Assembly (NCBI GenBank): GCA_015478725.1 | Contig: JADMIG010000001.1 | Location: forward strand, 348,748 to 412,747 | Direction of reading: 5' to 3' | Source: Chloroflexota bacterium | GTDB lineage: Bacteria > Chloroflexota > Limnocylindria > Limnocylindrales > CSP1-4 | Length of the DNA: 64,000 nucleotides | Shown here: in pieces, positions 9,496 through 19,472 of the stretch | Layout of the letters: every line of letters starts with the position of its first letter | Numbering within the stretch: position 1 is the first letter of the stretch | The notes under the pieces: generated by a model | The model's database searches: none | What the model saw: the letters and a program-made list of their open reading frames with translations, nothing else | What the model was told of the DNA's origin: nothing | Translations under genes and position numbers: made by a program

Positions 9496-11565
9496 ATGGC
9501 GACCGCGCGTGAACCGACCATGAGGAGCATCGCCGACGTGTCGATCCTCGAGCGCGTGAGTGCGCCCGCCGACCTCCGTGGACTCGATCGCGAGCAGCTC
9601 GATGAGCTCGCCGCGGAGATCCGGGAGACGATCGTCTCGACCGTCGCCCGCACGGGCGGCCATCTCGGCAGCTCGCTCGGCGTCGTCGAGCTGACGATCG
9701 CCCTCCATCGCCTGCTCGACTCGCCGCGGGACCGGATCGTCTGGGACACCGGGCATCAGGCCTATCCGCACAAGCTCCTCACCGGGCGCGTGGCGCGGTT
9801 CCATACCCTGCGCCAGCTCGATGGAGTGGGTGGCTTCCCGCGTCGGAGCGAGTCAGAGCACGACGTCTTCGACGGCGGCCACGCGGGCACCGGTCTCTCG
9901 ATCGGCGAGGGCCTCGCCACCGCACGCGATCTTCGCCACGGCCGCGAGCGGATCGCCGTCGTCGTCGGTGATGCGGCCCTCATGAGCGGACTCTCGTTCG
10001 AGGCGCTCAATGACGTCGGCCAGCGCCAGACGCGGATCCTCATCGTCCTCAACGACAACGAGATGTCGATCAGCCCGACGGTGGGCGCACTGTCGAAGTA
10101 CCTCTCCACGATCAAGCTCTCGACCGCCTGGCAGACGAGCAAGTCGGCCTATGACCGGGCGATCGAGCGGCTGCCCATCATCGGCGAGACTGCGCTCGAT
10201 CTCTCGAAGCGGGTCCGGCGCTCCGTCGTCCAGTTCGTGCAGCAGCCGGGCAGCCTGTTCGAGGACCTCGGCATCACCTACATCGGCGTCGTCCCGGGTC
10301 ACGATCTGGGGGTCCTCGAGGACACGCTCGGGCGCGCGCTCGAGCTGCGCGGGCCGGTCCTGGTCCACGTCCGGACCCAGAAGGGGCGAGGCTATCGACC
10401 GGCGGAGACGGACCAGGTCGGCTTCCATGGCGCGGCGCTCCCGCCGATGGGCGATGTGGCGCGGGCGGAGGTCGCCGCCGTCGCCACACGACCGCGAGCC
10501 TGGTCCGCGATGCCGACCGAGTCGATGATGGATGATGCGGCGCCGCCGACGCCCGTCGTCGAGGCCGTGAAGCCGCCGAACTACACGGCGGTCCTCGTCG
10601 GCGAACTCATCGCAGCGGCTCGCGACGACCGCCGGATCGTCGCGATCACGGCGGGGATGCCGACCGGCACCGGCCTCAACCGCTTCCAGGCCGAATACCC
10701 GGACCGGTTCCTCGACGTCGGGATCGCCGAACCGCACGCGGTGACGCTCGCGACGGGGCTCGCCATGGGCGGTGCCCGTCCCGTCGTCGCGATCTACTCG
10801 ACGTTCCTCCAGCGCGCCTTCGACCAGACGGTCCACGACGTGTGCCAGAACGACCAGCCGGTGATCCTCGCCGTCGACCGGGCGGGACTCGTGGGCGAGG
10901 ATGGCACGAGTCACCAGGGGATGTTCACCCTGCCGGCCCAGCGCCAGCTCCCGAACCTCGTCATCGCGAGCCCGAAGGACGAGCAGGAGCTCCGCTCGCT
11001 CCTCCGGACCGCGCTCGCCCAGGATCATCCGTTCGCGATCCACTATCCGCGCGACCCGGGCTTCGGTCTCCCCCCGGCGGAGCCGGCGATCCTGCCGATC
11101 GGGCGCGGCGAGCTCGTGCGGTCCGGGACGGACGTCCTCATCGTGGCCTTCGGGCCGATCGTCGCCCGGGCTCGCGAGGCGGCAGAGGCCCTTGCCGCGG
11201 AGGGCTGGTCCGTCGCGGTCGTCAACGCCCGGTTCGCCAAGCCGCTGGACCGGCAGCTCATCCTCGACGAGTCGCGTGGCAAGCGGCTCGTGGTGACCGT
11301 GGAGGAGAGCGTCGTCGTCGGCGGGTTCGGTTCGGGCGTCCTCGAGCTGCTCGAGGAGGCTCGGATCGTGGATCCGGCCTATCGCGACGTCGTCGTCAAG
11401 GTCGTCGGCATCCCCGCCGGCCGGTTCGTGGACCACGGATCGGTGGCCGATCTGCGGCGGCTCCTGCGCCTCGATGCGGCCGGTCTCGCCGCCCAGACGA
11501 GGGAGACACTCGCCGTCCTCGGGGCGACGCCGGGACACGCGGCGGAGGCCGCGGCCGCGAGCTGA
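9496..11565 (+). CDS. dxs: 1-deoxy-D-xylulose-5-phosphate synthase
   Basis: Thiamine diphosphate motifs (GHLGSSLGVVEL, GDAALMSG, DGTSHQG) and transketolase-like architecture. An alternative ATG lies at 9520. Confidence 0.9.
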   Translation: MATAREPTMRSIADVSILERVSAPADLRGLDREQLDELAAEIRETIVSTVARTGGHLGSSLGVVELTIALHRLLDSPRDRIVWDTGHQAYPHKLLTGRVARFHTLRQLDGVGGFPRRSESEHDVFDGGHAGTGLSIGEGLATARDLRHGRERIAVVVGDAALMSGLSFEALNDVGQRQTRILIVLNDNEMSISPTVGALSKYLSTIKLSTAWQTSKSAYDRAIERLPIIGETALDLSKRVRRSVVQFVQQPGSLFEDLGITYIGVVPGHDLGVLEDTLGRALELRGPVLVHVRTQKGRGYRPAETDQVGFHGAALPPMGDVARAEVAAVATRPRAWSAMPTESMMDDAAPPTPVVEAVKPPNYTAVLVGELIAAARDDRRIVAITAGMPTGTGLNRFQAEYPDRFLDVGIAEPHAVTLATGLAMGGARPVVAIYSTFLQRAFDQTVHDVCQNDQPVILAVDRAGLVGEDGTSHQGMFTLPAQRQLPNLVIASPKDEQELRSLLRTALAQDHPFAIHYPRDPGFGLPPAEPAILPIGRGELVRSGTDVLIVAFGPIVARAREAAEALAAEGWSVAVVNARFAKPLDRQLILDESRGKRLVVTVEESVVVGGFGSGVLELLEEARIVDPAYRDVVVKVVGIPAGRFVDHGSVADLRRLLRLDAAGLAAQTRETLAVLGATPGHAAEAAAAS

Positions 11566-11589
11566 CCCACTGCGACCTGCGGACCGTCA

Positions 11590-12519
11590 GTGCGGCGCCC
11601 GGACGTGCCCGAGGCCGTGTGCGACGATGGTCCGGTGCGCACCATCGCGGATCGTCGGCCCCGGCTCCGGCTCGATCAGCTCCTCGTCGAGCGCGGTGTC
11701 GCGCCCACGCGGAGCCGGGCGGCTGCGCTGCTCCTCGCGGGTCGGGTCCGGGTGGGGGAGGGAGACGGGGCGCGGCTGGACCGCAAGCCCGGAGACCTCG
11801 TCGAGCCGGCCACCGCGCTCCAGCTCGTCGAGCGCGATCCATACGTCAGCCGCGGTGGCCACAAGCTCGTCGCCGCGCTCGACGCGTTCGCGATCGACCC
11901 GCATGGGCTCGTCTGCCTCGATGTCGGAGCGTCCACCGGTGGCTTCACGGACCTCCTGTTGCAGCGCGGGGCGAGCCGTGTCTATGCTCTCGACGTGGGT
12001 CGCGGGCAGCTCGCCGAACAGCTCCGGACAGACTCCCGGGTGATCTCGATGGAACGGACGAACGCCCGGACGCTCGATCGCGGCGTGCTGCCCGAGCCGG
12101 TCCGTCTCGCGGTCGTCGACATATCGTTCATCTCGCTCGGTGCTGTCCTCCACTCGATCGCCGGCTGTATCGATCCGGAGTTCGGCGGCCGGATCGTGCC
12201 GCTCGTCAAGCCACAGTTCGAGGTGGGGAAGGGACGGACGGTCGGCGGCGTCGTGCGCGACCCGGCGCTCCATCGAGAGGTCCTCGAGCGGGTCACGGGC
12301 CTCGCGATCGCTCTCGGCCTCACGCCGCGCGGACTCGTGGCTTCGCCGATCCTCGGCCCGCAGGGGAACCGCGAGTTCCTCCTCGACCTCGGCGTCCCGG
12401 TCGCGTGGACCGCTCCGGCCCCTGCGAGTCGGCAGACCGGTGGACCGCCGCCGGCCGCGGTCGCGGCCATGATCTCGCCGACGTTCCGCGATCGGATCGC
12501 CGCGGTGACCGGAGCGTGA
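11590..12519 (+). CDS. tlyA: TlyA family rRNA 2'-O-methyltransferase (S4 + FtsJ domains)
   Basis: S4-like RLDQLLVERG followed by an FtsJ motif (DVGASTGGFTDLL). Alternative GTG starts at 11605, 11617 and 11635; 11635 fits homolog N-termini best. Confidence 0.75.
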   Translation: MRRPDVPEAVCDDGPVRTIADRRPRLRLDQLLVERGVAPTRSRAAALLLAGRVRVGEGDGARLDRKPGDLVEPATALQLVERDPYVSRGGHKLVAALDAFAIDPHGLVCLDVGASTGGFTDLLLQRGASRVYALDVGRGQLAEQLRTDSRVISMERTNARTLDRGVLPEPVRLAVVDISFISLGAVLHSIAGCIDPEFGGRIVPLVKPQFEVGKGRTVGGVVRDPALHREVLERVTGLAIALGLTPRGLVASPILGPQGNREFLLDLGVPVAWTAPAPASRQTGGPPPAAVAAMISPTFRDRIAAVTGA

Positions 12520-13361
12520 GCCTCAGCCGCATCGGACTCGCCTTCAACCCGACGAATCCGGCCGCCGTGGAGCTCCGGGATCGGGCGATCGCGTGGTGCC
12601 GGCACCGTTCCATCGAGGCCTGGTCGGCCCCTTCGGGGGAGCTCGACGTCCTCCTCGCCGACCTGCCGACGACGGATGTCGTCGTCGTCCTCGGCGGCGA
12701 CGGGACGTTCCTCCGGGCTGCTCGGGCCGTCGCCGAGGTGGACGTGCCGATCCTCGGCGTCAATCTCGGCAAGGTGGGCTTCCTCTCGAAGGTGGAGGCG
12801 AACGAGCTCGAGACGGTGCTCGGCCAGATCGCCCTGGGCGAATATCGCCTCGACGAGCGGATGACGGTGGAGGCGCGGATCCTGCCCGGCGGCCTGACCG
12901 AGGGGGGCGAGCGATTCGTCGCCCTCAACGACGTCGTCGTCGCCCGGGGTGAGCTCGCCCGGGTCTGCCGGCTCGATGTCGCGGTCGGACCATCCCACGT
13001 CGCGACGTTCATCGCGGACGGTCTCGTCGTGTCGACCCCGACCGGATCGACCGGGTATGCGTTCTCGGCCGGCGGACCGATCGTCGATCCCTCGAACCGG
13101 AACCTCATCGTCACCCCGATCGCCGCCTATCTCGCCGCGATCCGCTCGATCGTCGTCAGCCCGCGACAGACGGTCCGCTGCCGGGTCGTCGACGCGATCG
13201 AGGCGCTCGTGAGCATCGACGGCCGCGAGGATCGTCGGCTCGCCGTGGGCGATGTCGTCGAGGTGCGGGCGATGGAGCGGCCGATCCGGCTCATCGAACC
13301 GAAGGGCGCCCAGCCGTTCTGGGACCTCCTGCGGCACAAGGTCGAGCTCCTCCCGTCGTGA
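12516..13361 (+). CDS. nadK: NAD(+) kinase
   Basis: GGDGT motif (VVVLGGDGTFLRAA) and NGLVVSTPTGSTGYAFSAGGP. GTG overlaps the tlyA stop (GTGA). Confidence 0.85.
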   Translation: MSLSRIGLAFNPTNPAAVELRDRAIAWCRHRSIEAWSAPSGELDVLLADLPTTDVVVVLGGDGTFLRAARAVAEVDVPILGVNLGKVGFLSKVEANELETVLGQIALGEYRLDERMTVEARILPGGLTEGGERFVALNDVVVARGELARVCRLDVAVGPSHVATFIADGLVVSTPTGSTGYAFSAGGPIVDPSNRNLIVTPIAAYLAAIRSIVVSPRQTVRCRVVDAIEALVSIDGREDRRLAVGDVVEVRAMERPIRLIEPKGAQPFWDLLRHKVELLPS

Positions 13362-15124
13362 ACTCCGGCGCGCGGTCACGGCGGCCGGACCCGAGCGTCG
13401 CCGAGGTCGAGGATGGTCCGACGGCGGCCGCCGGTCGCCTCCTCGAGCTGACCGTCACTGACCTCGCCCTCCTCGAGCGGCTGAGGCTGGAGCTCGGCCC
13501 CGGTCTCAATGTCGTCACCGGCGAGACCGGCGCCGGAAAGAGCCTCGTGATCGACGCGCTCGGACTCGTGCTCGGTGCCCGCGCGGATCCCGGGCTCGTC
13601 CGTCATGGCTCGAGCGTGGCCCGGGTGGAGGCGCTGTTCGACCGGCTGCCGGAGCCGCTCATCGTCGTCCGCGAGGTCACCGCCGCGGGTCGCTCCACCG
13701 CCCGCCTGGACGACGAGGCCGTGACCGCGGCACGGCTCGGCGAGACGGTGGGTCCGCTCGTCGAGATCCACGGGCAGCACGACCAGCAGCGGCTGCTCGA
13801 CGAGCGGTGGCAGCGGGAGCTGCTCGATGCGGCCGGCGGTCACGCCGACGTTCGGGCGGCGTTGGCCGCCGCGGTGCTCCGCTGGCGGGAGAACCGCGCC
13901 GCGATCGCGGATCTCGCGATCGAACCCGCCGAGCTCGCCCGCCGTCTCGAGATCGCCGAGCACGAGGCGTCGGAGATCGCGGCCGCGCACCTCCGGGCTG
14001 GCGAAGCCGCCGAGCTCGAGGCCCGGCTCGACCTGGCCCGCCACGGCGAGACCATCGCGAGCGGCGTGGCGGCCCTCCGCGAGACGATCGCAGGCGATGG
14101 CAGCGGTGCCCGCGAGGGACTGGCGGTCGCCGCTCGCGAGGCCCGCCAGCTCGGTCGAGTCGACGCGCGATTCCTCGCGGTCGCCGAGCGGCTCGAGGGG
14201 ACGGTCGCCGACCTCGACGACCTCGGCCGGGAGTTGCCGCTCCTCGCCGACGAGGCGGTGAACGACGCAGGGGCGATCGACGCGCTCCAGGAACGCCGAT
14301 CGCTCATCTATCGCCTGGAGCGACGCTACGGCGGCGACGAGGCGGAAGTGCTCGCCCACGGATCGCGCGCGATGATCGAGCTCGAACGGCTCCGCGGCGT
14401 CGAGATCGAGCGGGCGCGCCGCGTCGCGGACGATGCCGGACTCCTCGCCGCGGTGGCCGCCGCCGCGGCGGAGCTCTCCGTCCGCCGGCGAACTGCTGCC
14501 GACCGACTCGCACCGGAGGTCGGTCGCGCGCTCGAGGCGCTCGGCTTCCCGCCGTCGGCGTTCGAGATCGCGATCGGCAGGCGCGTCGCGGCACCGGACG
14601 AGGCTGCCGTCGAGCTCGACGGGGACGCCGTCGCGTTCGACCTGTCGGGCGTCGACCTCGTCGTGTTCCGGTTCGCCCCGAACGCGGGCGAACCAGCCCG
14701 GCCGCTCGCGCGGATCGCGTCCGGGGGCGAGGCGAGCCGGGTCGCGCTCGCGATCCGGACCGTCCTCGCCCGTGCCGATGAGACGCCGACACTCGTCTTC
14801 GACGAGATCGACACGGGGATCGGCGGCCGCGGCGCGGACCCGGTCGGGCGGAGCCTCTGGGCGCTCGGCCGTCGACACCAGGTCGTCTGCGTCACCCACC
14901 TGCCGCAGATCGCGGCTCACGCCGACGAGCATTTCCGCATCCTCAAGCGTGAACGCGACGGTCGAACGGTGACCGAGATCGAGCGGCTCGATCGAGAGGG
15001 TCGGATCGTGGAGCTCGCGGCGATGCTCGCCGGTCCGGGCGGCGGCGCAGCCGCACTCGCCGGCGCCCGTGAGCTCCTCGATCGTGCGGAGGCAGCCCGC
15101 GTGCGGCCGTCCGATGCCGGCTGA
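13358..15124 (+). CDS. recN: DNA repair protein RecN
   Basis: Walker A LNVVTGETGAGKS, long coiled-coil, C-terminal signature. GTG overlaps the nadK stop; the true start may be slightly downstream. Confidence 0.85.
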   Translation: MNSGARSRRPDPSVAEVEDGPTAAAGRLLELTVTDLALLERLRLELGPGLNVVTGETGAGKSLVIDALGLVLGARADPGLVRHGSSVARVEALFDRLPEPLIVVREVTAAGRSTARLDDEAVTAARLGETVGPLVEIHGQHDQQRLLDERWQRELLDAAGGHADVRAALAAAVLRWRENRAAIADLAIEPAELARRLEIAEHEASEIAAAHLRAGEAAELEARLDLARHGETIASGVAALRETIAGDGSGAREGLAVAAREARQLGRVDARFLAVAERLEGTVADLDDLGRELPLLADEAVNDAGAIDALQERRSLIYRLERRYGGDEAEVLAHGSRAMIELERLRGVEIERARRVADDAGLLAAVAAAAAELSVRRRTAADRLAPEVGRALEALGFPPSAFEIAIGRRVAAPDEAAVELDGDAVAFDLSGVDLVVFRFAPNAGEPARPLARIASGGEASRVALAIRTVLARADETPTLVFDEIDTGIGGRGADPVGRSLWALGRRHQVVCVTHLPQIAAHADEHFRILKRERDGRTVTEIERLDREGRIVELAAMLAGPGGGAAALAGARELLDRAEAARVRPSDAG

Positions 15125-16100
15125 GCTCGGCGCGCCTCCCTCGCTGGACGCGGCGATCGACGAGTATCTCGACCACCTCCGGGTCGAGCGCGGCCTGTCC
15201 GGCGCGACCATCGTCGCCTACCGCAACGATCTCTCGGCCTTCGCCACGTCGGCGTTCGCGTCCGACCGCTGGGGGAGCACGCCCGACGAGGCGGTCCGCT
15301 ACCTCGCCTCGCTCGGCACGCCGCCGCGCGGGGCGATCCGCCCGGCCCTTGCGTCGTCGAGCCGGCGACGCCGCACTGCCGCGCTGCGGGGGTTCTATCG
15401 GTTCGCCTACGGCGAGGGCCGGGCGACGGCGGACGTGGCGACACACCTGGACCTGCCGCGCCAGGCTCGCTATCTTCCGCACACCCTGAGCAGCGACGAG
15501 GTCGTCCGGCTCCTCGAGGTCGTGGGCGGCGAGGCGGCCCCGTCCGGCGAGGCGGGCGATGGCCGAGCCGCGCTCGAGGCGAGGCGCGCCGTCCGCGACC
15601 GGGCGCTCGTCGAGCTGCTCTACGCCGCCGGCCTCCGGGTGAGCGAGGCGCTGCGGCTCGACGCGGACGACCTGTCCCTCGACGGTGCCTACGTCCGGGT
15701 CGTCGGCAAGGGCGACCGCGAGCGCCTCGTCCCGGTCGGCGAGGTCGCGATCTCCTGGCTCGGCCGATATCTCGCCGAGGTCCGACCCACCTGGCTCGTG
15801 GGTGGAGCGGACCTTGTCCATGGTGGACCGGTCTTCGTCACGGACCGGGGTGGGCGGCTCGGCCGCCAGGCGGCGTGGGCGACCGTGAAGCGCGCGGCCT
15901 CGGCTGCCGGACTCGGCGACCGCGTCTCCCCACACACGTTCCGCCACTCATTCGCGACGCATCTCCTCGAGGGCGGAGCGGACCTGCGGATCGTCCAGGA
16001 GTTGCTCGGCCATGCGACCATCAGCACGACACAGCTGTACACACACCTGACCGGCGAGCGGATCAGGGAGGTGTACGCCCGCGCCCACCCGCGCGCCTGA
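15114..16100 (+). CDS. xerD: site-specific tyrosine recombinase XerD
   Basis: N-terminal SAM-like DEYLDHLRVERGLS...AYRNDL and a C-terminal catalytic domain (HTFRHSFATHLLEGGADLRIVQELLGHATISTTQLYTHL). Conserved after recN. Confidence 0.85.
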   Translation: MPAELGAPPSLDAAIDEYLDHLRVERGLSGATIVAYRNDLSAFATSAFASDRWGSTPDEAVRYLASLGTPPRGAIRPALASSSRRRRTAALRGFYRFAYGEGRATADVATHLDLPRQARYLPHTLSSDEVVRLLEVVGGEAAPSGEAGDGRAALEARRAVRDRALVELLYAAGLRVSEALRLDADDLSLDGAYVRVVGKGDRERLVPVGEVAISWLGRYLAEVRPTWLVGGADLVHGGPVFVTDRGGRLGRQAAWATVKRAASAAGLGDRVSPHTFRHSFATHLLEGGADLRIVQELLGHATISTTQLYTHLTGERIREVYARAHPRA

Positions 16101-16126
16101 TCGACGCGCAACAACGGAGGGGACCG

Positions 16127-16825
16127 ATGACCCGCTACGCCGATACGCTCCTCGCGACCGGGGAGGTCATCGTCCTGCGCGCCCGTCAGCACTGGCTGGC
16201 CGTCGTCCGCGACGCGCTCCGCCCGATCGTCATCGTCGTGATCGCGATCGTGCTCCTGTTCGCCGCCGGTCAGCTCCCGGCGATCCACGACGTGCTCGCG
16301 TACGCGAGCCTCGCCGGGGTCATCGTCGGGCTCCTCTGGATCGGGCTCATCGTCTGGGGCTGGTCGTCGCAGGACTACCTCGTGACGAACCGGCGCGTCA
16401 TCAAGGTCGAGGGGATCCTCAACAAGCATTCCGCGGACAGCTCGCTCGAGAAGATCAACGACGCCGTGCTCGACCAGAGCGTCATCGGCCGGATCTTCGG
16501 CTTCGGCGACCTGGACATCCTCACCGCGAACGAGGACTCCGTCGACCGCTACAAGTGGCTCGCCGATGCGGCCGGGTTCAAGAAGGAGATGCTCGACCAG
16601 AAGAACGCCCTCGAGATGGACATGCGAACTGTGCCGGCGCCGCCATTCCGTGCGGCGGCGCCGACCGTCGCCCCGGCCGCGCCGCAGACCGCAGCGGCAT
16701 CGTCCCCGATGAGCCAGGACGATGTGACGGGGACGCTCGCGAAGCTCGCCGACCTCCGCGACCGGGGGGCGATCAGCGCCGAGGAATACGAGGCGAAGAA
16801 GGCAGAGCTGCTCGCCCGACTCTGA
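16127..16825 (+). CDS. membrane protein with bacterial PH (bPH_2, YdbS/YdbT-like) domain and C-terminal SHOCT motif
   Basis: Two TM helices, then DYLVTNRRVIKVEGILNK (bPH_2-like), an Ala/Pro-rich linker, and a terminal ISAEEYEAKKAELLARL (SHOCT-like). Confidence 0.55.
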   Translation: MTRYADTLLATGEVIVLRARQHWLAVVRDALRPIVIVVIAIVLLFAAGQLPAIHDVLAYASLAGVIVGLLWIGLIVWGWSSQDYLVTNRRVIKVEGILNKHSADSSLEKINDAVLDQSVIGRIFGFGDLDILTANEDSVDRYKWLADAAGFKKEMLDQKNALEMDMRTVPAPPFRAAAPTVAPAAPQTAAASSPMSQDDVTGTLAKLADLRDRGAISAEEYEAKKAELLARL

Positions 16826-16893
16826 GCGCCGCCCGCCCCTGAGGTCGGCCCGGGTACGATACGCGGGACCTTCGAACCGAACCTGAGGCCCCC

Positions 16894-17517
16894 GTGGCGA
16901 TCGACCCCAGCCGTATCGCACTCATCGCGATCTTCCTGCTCGTGGCGTTCCCGGTCCACGAATTCGCTCATGCCTACGTCGCCTACCGCCTCGGCGACGC
17001 GACGGCGAAGATGTTCGGGCGTCTCACCCTCAACCCGGCGGTTCATTTCGACCCGATCGGCGGCCTGTTCCTCGCCTTCACGGCGATCACCTCCCCGTTC
17101 ATCATGGGTTGGGCGAAGCCGACCCCGGTGAACCCATCCAACCTGCGTGACCGCCGCAACGGAGAGGTCTGGGTCGCCCTCGCCGGACCAGCCTCGAACC
17201 TGCTCATGGCGGTCGCGGGCGCCGTCGTCGTGCGGGTCATCCTCGCGACCCAGGTCCACCTGCCGGCTGCGGTCGCGGAGATCCTCATCCTCTTTGTCCA
17301 GTTCAACGTCGCTCTGGCGCTCTTCAACATGATCCCGATCCCGCCGCTCGATGGCTCCACGCTCCTGTTCCGGGTCCTCGACCCACGGACGGCGTGGCAA
17401 CTCCGCCCGGTCCTGAGCCAGTATGGGTTCCTCATCCTGATCCTCCTGATCCTGGTGGCCGCGAATCCGCTCGGAACCCTGATCTTCAATGCCACGCGCA
17501 TCCTGGTGGGGCTCTAA
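16894..17517 (+). CDS. site-2 protease family (peptidase M50) membrane metalloprotease
   Basis: HEFAHAYVAY (HExxH) and LFNMIPIPPLDGS (LDG motif); multi-TM. Confidence 0.8.
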   Translation: MAIDPSRIALIAIFLLVAFPVHEFAHAYVAYRLGDATAKMFGRLTLNPAVHFDPIGGLFLAFTAITSPFIMGWAKPTPVNPSNLRDRRNGEVWVALAGPASNLLMAVAGAVVVRVILATQVHLPAAVAEILILFVQFNVALALFNMIPIPPLDGSTLLFRVLDPRTAWQLRPVLSQYGFLILILLILVAANPLGTLIFNATRILVGL

Positions 17518-17989
17518 GGTCCGCCAGTTCCGGGCGCACGTCGGGGCGCGGGTCACGGCGGCCGAGCGCGCGGAGCTGGCGACCTGGCTCACGCCCGCCC
17601 AGCTGGAGGTCTTCGACCGCATGCACATCGCGGATCGCCGCCACGGGCTCGATGTCGCGGCGTCGCTCGCCGCGGGCGGTTCGGCCGATCGCGAGCTCCT
17701 CCTGGCGGGGCTCCTCCACGATGCGGCGAAGGGAGCCGATGTCGGCGTCTGGCCGCGCGTCGCCTGGTCGCTCGGGCGGGCGTATGGGCCGGCGGTCCGT
17801 CGCGTCGCCGACCGGGTGCCGGGCTTCAGGCTCGCGCTGCGACGGCTGGACGACCACGCGGAACTCTCCGCGCGACTCGCCGCCGCGGCCGGCTGTCCGG
17901 AGCGGACGGTCGAGCTCATCCGGCACCAGGATCATCCGGTCGATCCTGACGCCGGCGGACGGCTCCATCTCGCCGACGAGGCGAACTGA
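17489..17989 (+). CDS. HD-domain phosphohydrolase-like protein
   Basis: LLHDAAKG HD motif. It overlaps the upstream gene by 29 nt, so the true start is uncertain. Confidence 0.5.
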   Translation: MPRASWWGSKVRQFRAHVGARVTAAERAELATWLTPAQLEVFDRMHIADRRHGLDVAASLAAGGSADRELLLAGLLHDAAKGADVGVWPRVAWSLGRAYGPAVRRVADRVPGFRLALRRLDDHAELSARLAAAAGCPERTVELIRHQDHPVDPDAGGRLHLADEAN

Positions 17990-18798
17990 TGCTCGAGGCT
18001 GCGGTCCGCGCGGTTCCGACGGTCGAGTTCGGCGAGGGACGGGGCCCGGAGGCTTCAACCCGGATCCGCCTGCCCGACTTCGACGGCCCGCTCGGGCTCC
18101 TCCTCGCCCTCATCGAGAGCGAACGCCTCGACATCCTCACCGTCCCGCTCGGTGCCCTCGCGGGGGCGTATCTCGAAGCGCTCGCGGGGCTCGAGGATGA
18201 CCGGCTGGCCAACATCTCGGCCTTCGTCGGCGTCGCGAGCCAGCTCATCGTCATCAAGAGCCGGGCGCTCCTGCCGCGCCAAGATCCGCGACCCGCGGAG
18301 GGACTCCCGCCCGACGAGGGGCCCGATCCCGAGGCGGAGCTCCGCGCCCGACTCATCCTCTACCGGGCGTTCCGCGACGCGGGAACGGTCCTCGCGGACC
18401 GGGCGGCGGCGATCGGCAGACTCTTCCGGCGCGAGCCCGGGCTCGCCCACGCCTCCGCCCTCGCCGGCGCTGCTCCGTCCGACGCGCCACCGCTCGATCC
18501 GGCGCTCCTCGTCGGGGCCCTGGCCGATCTCATCAGCGTCGTTCCGTCGTCGCCGCCTCCTCCAGGAACCCTCCGCCGAGCCGTGTCCATCGCCGAGCGG
18601 TCGGCGGTCATCCGGGCGGCCATCCGCGACGCCGGCTCGATCGTCCTCCAGGACCTCCTCCGCGACGTTCGCGACCGGGTCGTCGCCGCTGTGACGTTCC
18701 TCGCCCTGCTCGAGCTCGTGAAGCGGCGCGAGGTCGTCGTCGAGCAGACGGTGCCGTGGGGCCCGATCGTCGTGCGCCCGATCGGCGACCCACGGTGA
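17989..18798 (+). CDS. scpA: segregation and condensation protein A
   Basis: LPDFDGPLGLLLALIESERLDILTVPL is typical of ScpA. Followed by scpB. Confidence 0.8.
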   Translation: MLEAAVRAVPTVEFGEGRGPEASTRIRLPDFDGPLGLLLALIESERLDILTVPLGALAGAYLEALAGLEDDRLANISAFVGVASQLIVIKSRALLPRQDPRPAEGLPPDEGPDPEAELRARLILYRAFRDAGTVLADRAAAIGRLFRREPGLAHASALAGAAPSDAPPLDPALLVGALADLISVVPSSPPPPGTLRRAVSIAERSAVIRAAIRDAGSIVLQDLLRDVRDRVVAAVTFLALLELVKRREVVVEQTVPWGPIVVRPIGDPR

Positions 18799-19472
18799 GC
18801 GAGGACCTCCGATCCGCGGCGGCCTCCGACGAGGCGCCATCGGCCGCGCCGCCATCGGCCGCGCCGCTCACCGAGGCCGCTCTCGAGGCGCTCCTCTTCG
18901 TGGCCGTCCGTCCGCTCACGCGACGCGAGATCGCGACCATCGCCGGGACGGATCGGGCGACCGTGGATGCGCTCCTCGGCGATCTCGAGATCACGCTCGC
19001 CGGCCGCGGGATCCGGCTGGTCGTGAGCGGCGACCGCGTCGAGCTCGCGACGAGCCCGGCCGCCGGATCGCTCATCGCGCGCTATGTCGGCGACGACGGT
19101 GCCCGTCCCTCACCGGCCGCCCTCGAGACACTCGCGATCGTCGCCTACCGGCAACCGGCGACGCGAGCGGTCATCGAGCGGGTCCGCGGCGTCGATTCGG
19201 ACTACGCCCTGCGGATCCTCCTCCACCGTCGCCTCGTCGTCGAGCTCGGCCGGGCGGATGCGCCGGGCCGGCCGTATCTCTACGGCACGGGCTTCGAGTT
19301 CCTCGAGCGGTTCGGGTTGACGAGCCTCGACGATCTGCCGGTCCTCGCTGCGGAGATCGCCGGCCGCCTCACCGATGCCGCGGACGATGGTGGCACCGAG
19401 AGCGGCATCGACATCGTCACCGACGATGACACGGAGCGGTCCGTTGCCGCGTCCACGGCCGCGCCGGCCTGA
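18795..19472 (+). CDS. scpB: segregation and condensation protein B
   Basis: LEALLFVAVRPLTRREIA winged-helix motif. GTG overlaps the scpA stop (GTGA). Confidence 0.8.
   Translation: MSEDLRSAAASDEAPSAAPPSAAPLTEAALEALLFVAVRPLTRREIATIAGTDRATVDALLGDLEITLAGRGIRLVVSGDRVELATSPAAGSLIARYVGDDGARPSPAALETLAIVAYRQPATRAVIERVRGVDSDYALRILLHRRLVVELGRADAPGRPYLYGTGFEFLERFGLTSLDDLPVLAAEIAGRLTDAADDGGTESGIDIVTDDDTERSVAASTAAPA

Noticed and set aside
10842-12515. Upstream 558 codons of the 839-aa ORF 10842-13361 (same frame as nadK)
   Set aside because: This part overlaps dxs and tlyA in other frames and lacks motifs. The NAD kinase homology begins at the GTG at 12516, which is GTGA-coupled to tlyA.
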